Under the pieces are notes generated by a model. That model did no database searches. It had not been told where the DNA came from and saw nothing but the letters and a program-made list of their open reading frames with translations. DNA of 61,881 bases, the filler included, from Hausera hauseri (Eukaryota), in the NCBI GenBank assembly GCA_046269625.1. It is 11 parts of 11 records of this genome, joined end to end, with 100 filler letters (N's around TTAATTAATTAA, not from the genome) between each part and the next. Parts side by side here need not be neighbours in the genome. Positions count along the whole stretch, not along the records: positions 55,923 to 61,881 come from JBJURY010162754.1; 10 more parts are not named here. One strand, given 5' to 3'. Position 1 is the stretch's first letter. Each line of letters opens with the position of its first letter. Both the position numbers and the translations under genes were made by a program. This document shows positions 60,355 through 61,881 of this stretch, in pieces.

Positions 60355-61881
60355 ATGTATTTAATTTAATTGATGCTTTAAAACAAAAGTGCATTAAAAC
60401 CGATCAATAATCGTGGCAGTGCATGGTGATATGGCTATATTTTTCATTATTTCCAAAATCACTTCAACGAATGTTGAGTTTTCTAATTGTACTCCTCAGA
60501 TAGTTGGTTGATTTTTAGATGTGCAAACTTTACAGAGAATGCTTGGCTCAAATTCATGAGCCTGAAAATTGCCACAGTATTATGAAAAAGTACCTTAGTC
60601 ATCAGTATTATATATCACAGCGTTCAGTATTATATATGCCCTACATGTGAGGTAGTGTGCCAAATCAATTATCAAGACTTTTACAATGTCCATAAACAGC
60701 ACTTGATTTTTTTTACCAAGTCGAAAAAACAAATATTCAGTACCAATATGCCAATAATGACTTCCGTGCCAAAGGAAAATCAAAGATGCAGTTCCTATCT
60801 GTATTGCGCATGTGCAATACAAAACCCGCAGAATTGTCACAATACCGTGAGGACATATTATGGACACAAATTCAATAGGATCATCTGTTATATCTGCACT
60901 GGATGTGGGACTGTATGTAATTTAGAATACATACAGTTTTATGAAGATCACAAACATCATTTGACTGCCTTCACATCAAAGTCAAAGAAGATCATCTTTA
61001 TTGAACATAAGCTAGTTGCGCAGCTTGCAGTACCACGGTCTGTAGTACCACAGCCAGCAGTACCACAGCCTGAAGTACAGCCAGATGCAGGACTAAAACG
61101 CGCATCGGACACATCAGGCACATTAAGCGTACCAGCTTTACCAAAGAGTCAAAGACAGCGGCCAGTTGATGCTGCAGCATTAAAGAAAAAATGCCTCAAA
61201 TATGCCATTGATTCAACTGGTCAAACAACCATCAAGGAGTTACTGGAGTATACAGAGGAAGAAACAGAGGGAATTCTCCAGGACAACATAGCTAAACTCA
61301 AGGCTATTAAGGCTCATATGAATTGTGAAGCCACATACGTCAATATTGATGGCGAAGAGTCCAAAAGTGCCTTCAAGACCAGAAATAGGCCTATTTTTAA
61401 AGCCACCAATATAGTAGAATGGCTGCATGAAGTGCATGCAAAGCTTACCCGTGAAGACGATGAGAGCCATAAATGGAAAAATTGAGATATGTAAGCGATG
61501 TATGTCTCATTTTAGCAGTGATACTGCAGTGGACAAGCCTGTAGACCACAAGATTTACTGCAACAATAATTACTGTGTAAGGCCAGAATTTCCCTAGGAG
61601 AACTATATTGAATTCAAGGAGTTAGAGAAGAAGATGACGATCACAATAGTTATCTATTGCGACTTTGAAGCTATTCTCCGGCCAGTTCACAGCCTCACTC
61701 CCAGTCCTCAACACAGCAGCACAACGGCATACCAATACCATATTTTATATATGCCAAAGGACTGGACAGTGAACCATTTCTATTCAGAGGTACAGGTGCA
61801 GCAACACATTTCATGAAACGACTTGAAGACATGGCTCATAAGCTTGAAAACATGCTTCAGCAGTATAAGGATAATATGAGC
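60355..61881 (+). pseudogene. Second copy of the Maverick PolB 5' region (paralog of 12301-14232) with a ~480-bp internal deletion
   Basis: Colinear with contig 3. At about 61482 the sequence jumps from the equivalent of ~13357 to ~13841; IYCDFEAIL is present. Confidence 0.92.

Overview
This window is not one locus. It is 11 short eukaryotic (animal-type) contigs joined by 100-bp artificial linkers (N44-TTAATTAATTAA-N44), so adjacency across linkers means nothing. Almost all of it is decayed mobile DNA. (1) Maverick/Polinton (adintovirus-like) material: a near-complete protein-primed PolB pseudogene (12.4-16.4 kb), a paralogous 5' copy (60.4-61.9 kb), a small third PolB remnant (1.8-2.3 kb), and a virion/integration module (50.6-55.8 kb) with dUTPase, packaging ATPase, a basic protein ending in an adenain-type cleavage site, chromo-integrase and minor capsid. 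That module also holds a TBP-like pseudogene that the ORF track misses. (2) Three copies of one Ty3/Gypsy family with a doubled CxYHxKF gag motif, one of them internally inverted, plus two other Gypsy remnants. (3) tRNA-derived SINEs, an RTE LINE remnant, a Penelope-like inverted repeat and a 4-kb CACGTG/CCAAT satellite. (4) Cellular sequences: two spliced exons of a conserved TMEM256 gene, an intact but highly divergent intronless TAF1-like ORF, and patchworks of divergent gene fragments (TMEM184C + NSD PHD + MAP3K4-like kinase in one 710-aa frame; ELOF1; PPR; possibly Frizzled). The best candidate for something new is a Polinton-like virus carrying its own TBP-like factor, possibly with TAF1-like and other transcription cargo. 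All homology calls come from motif recognition by eye, not from database searches.
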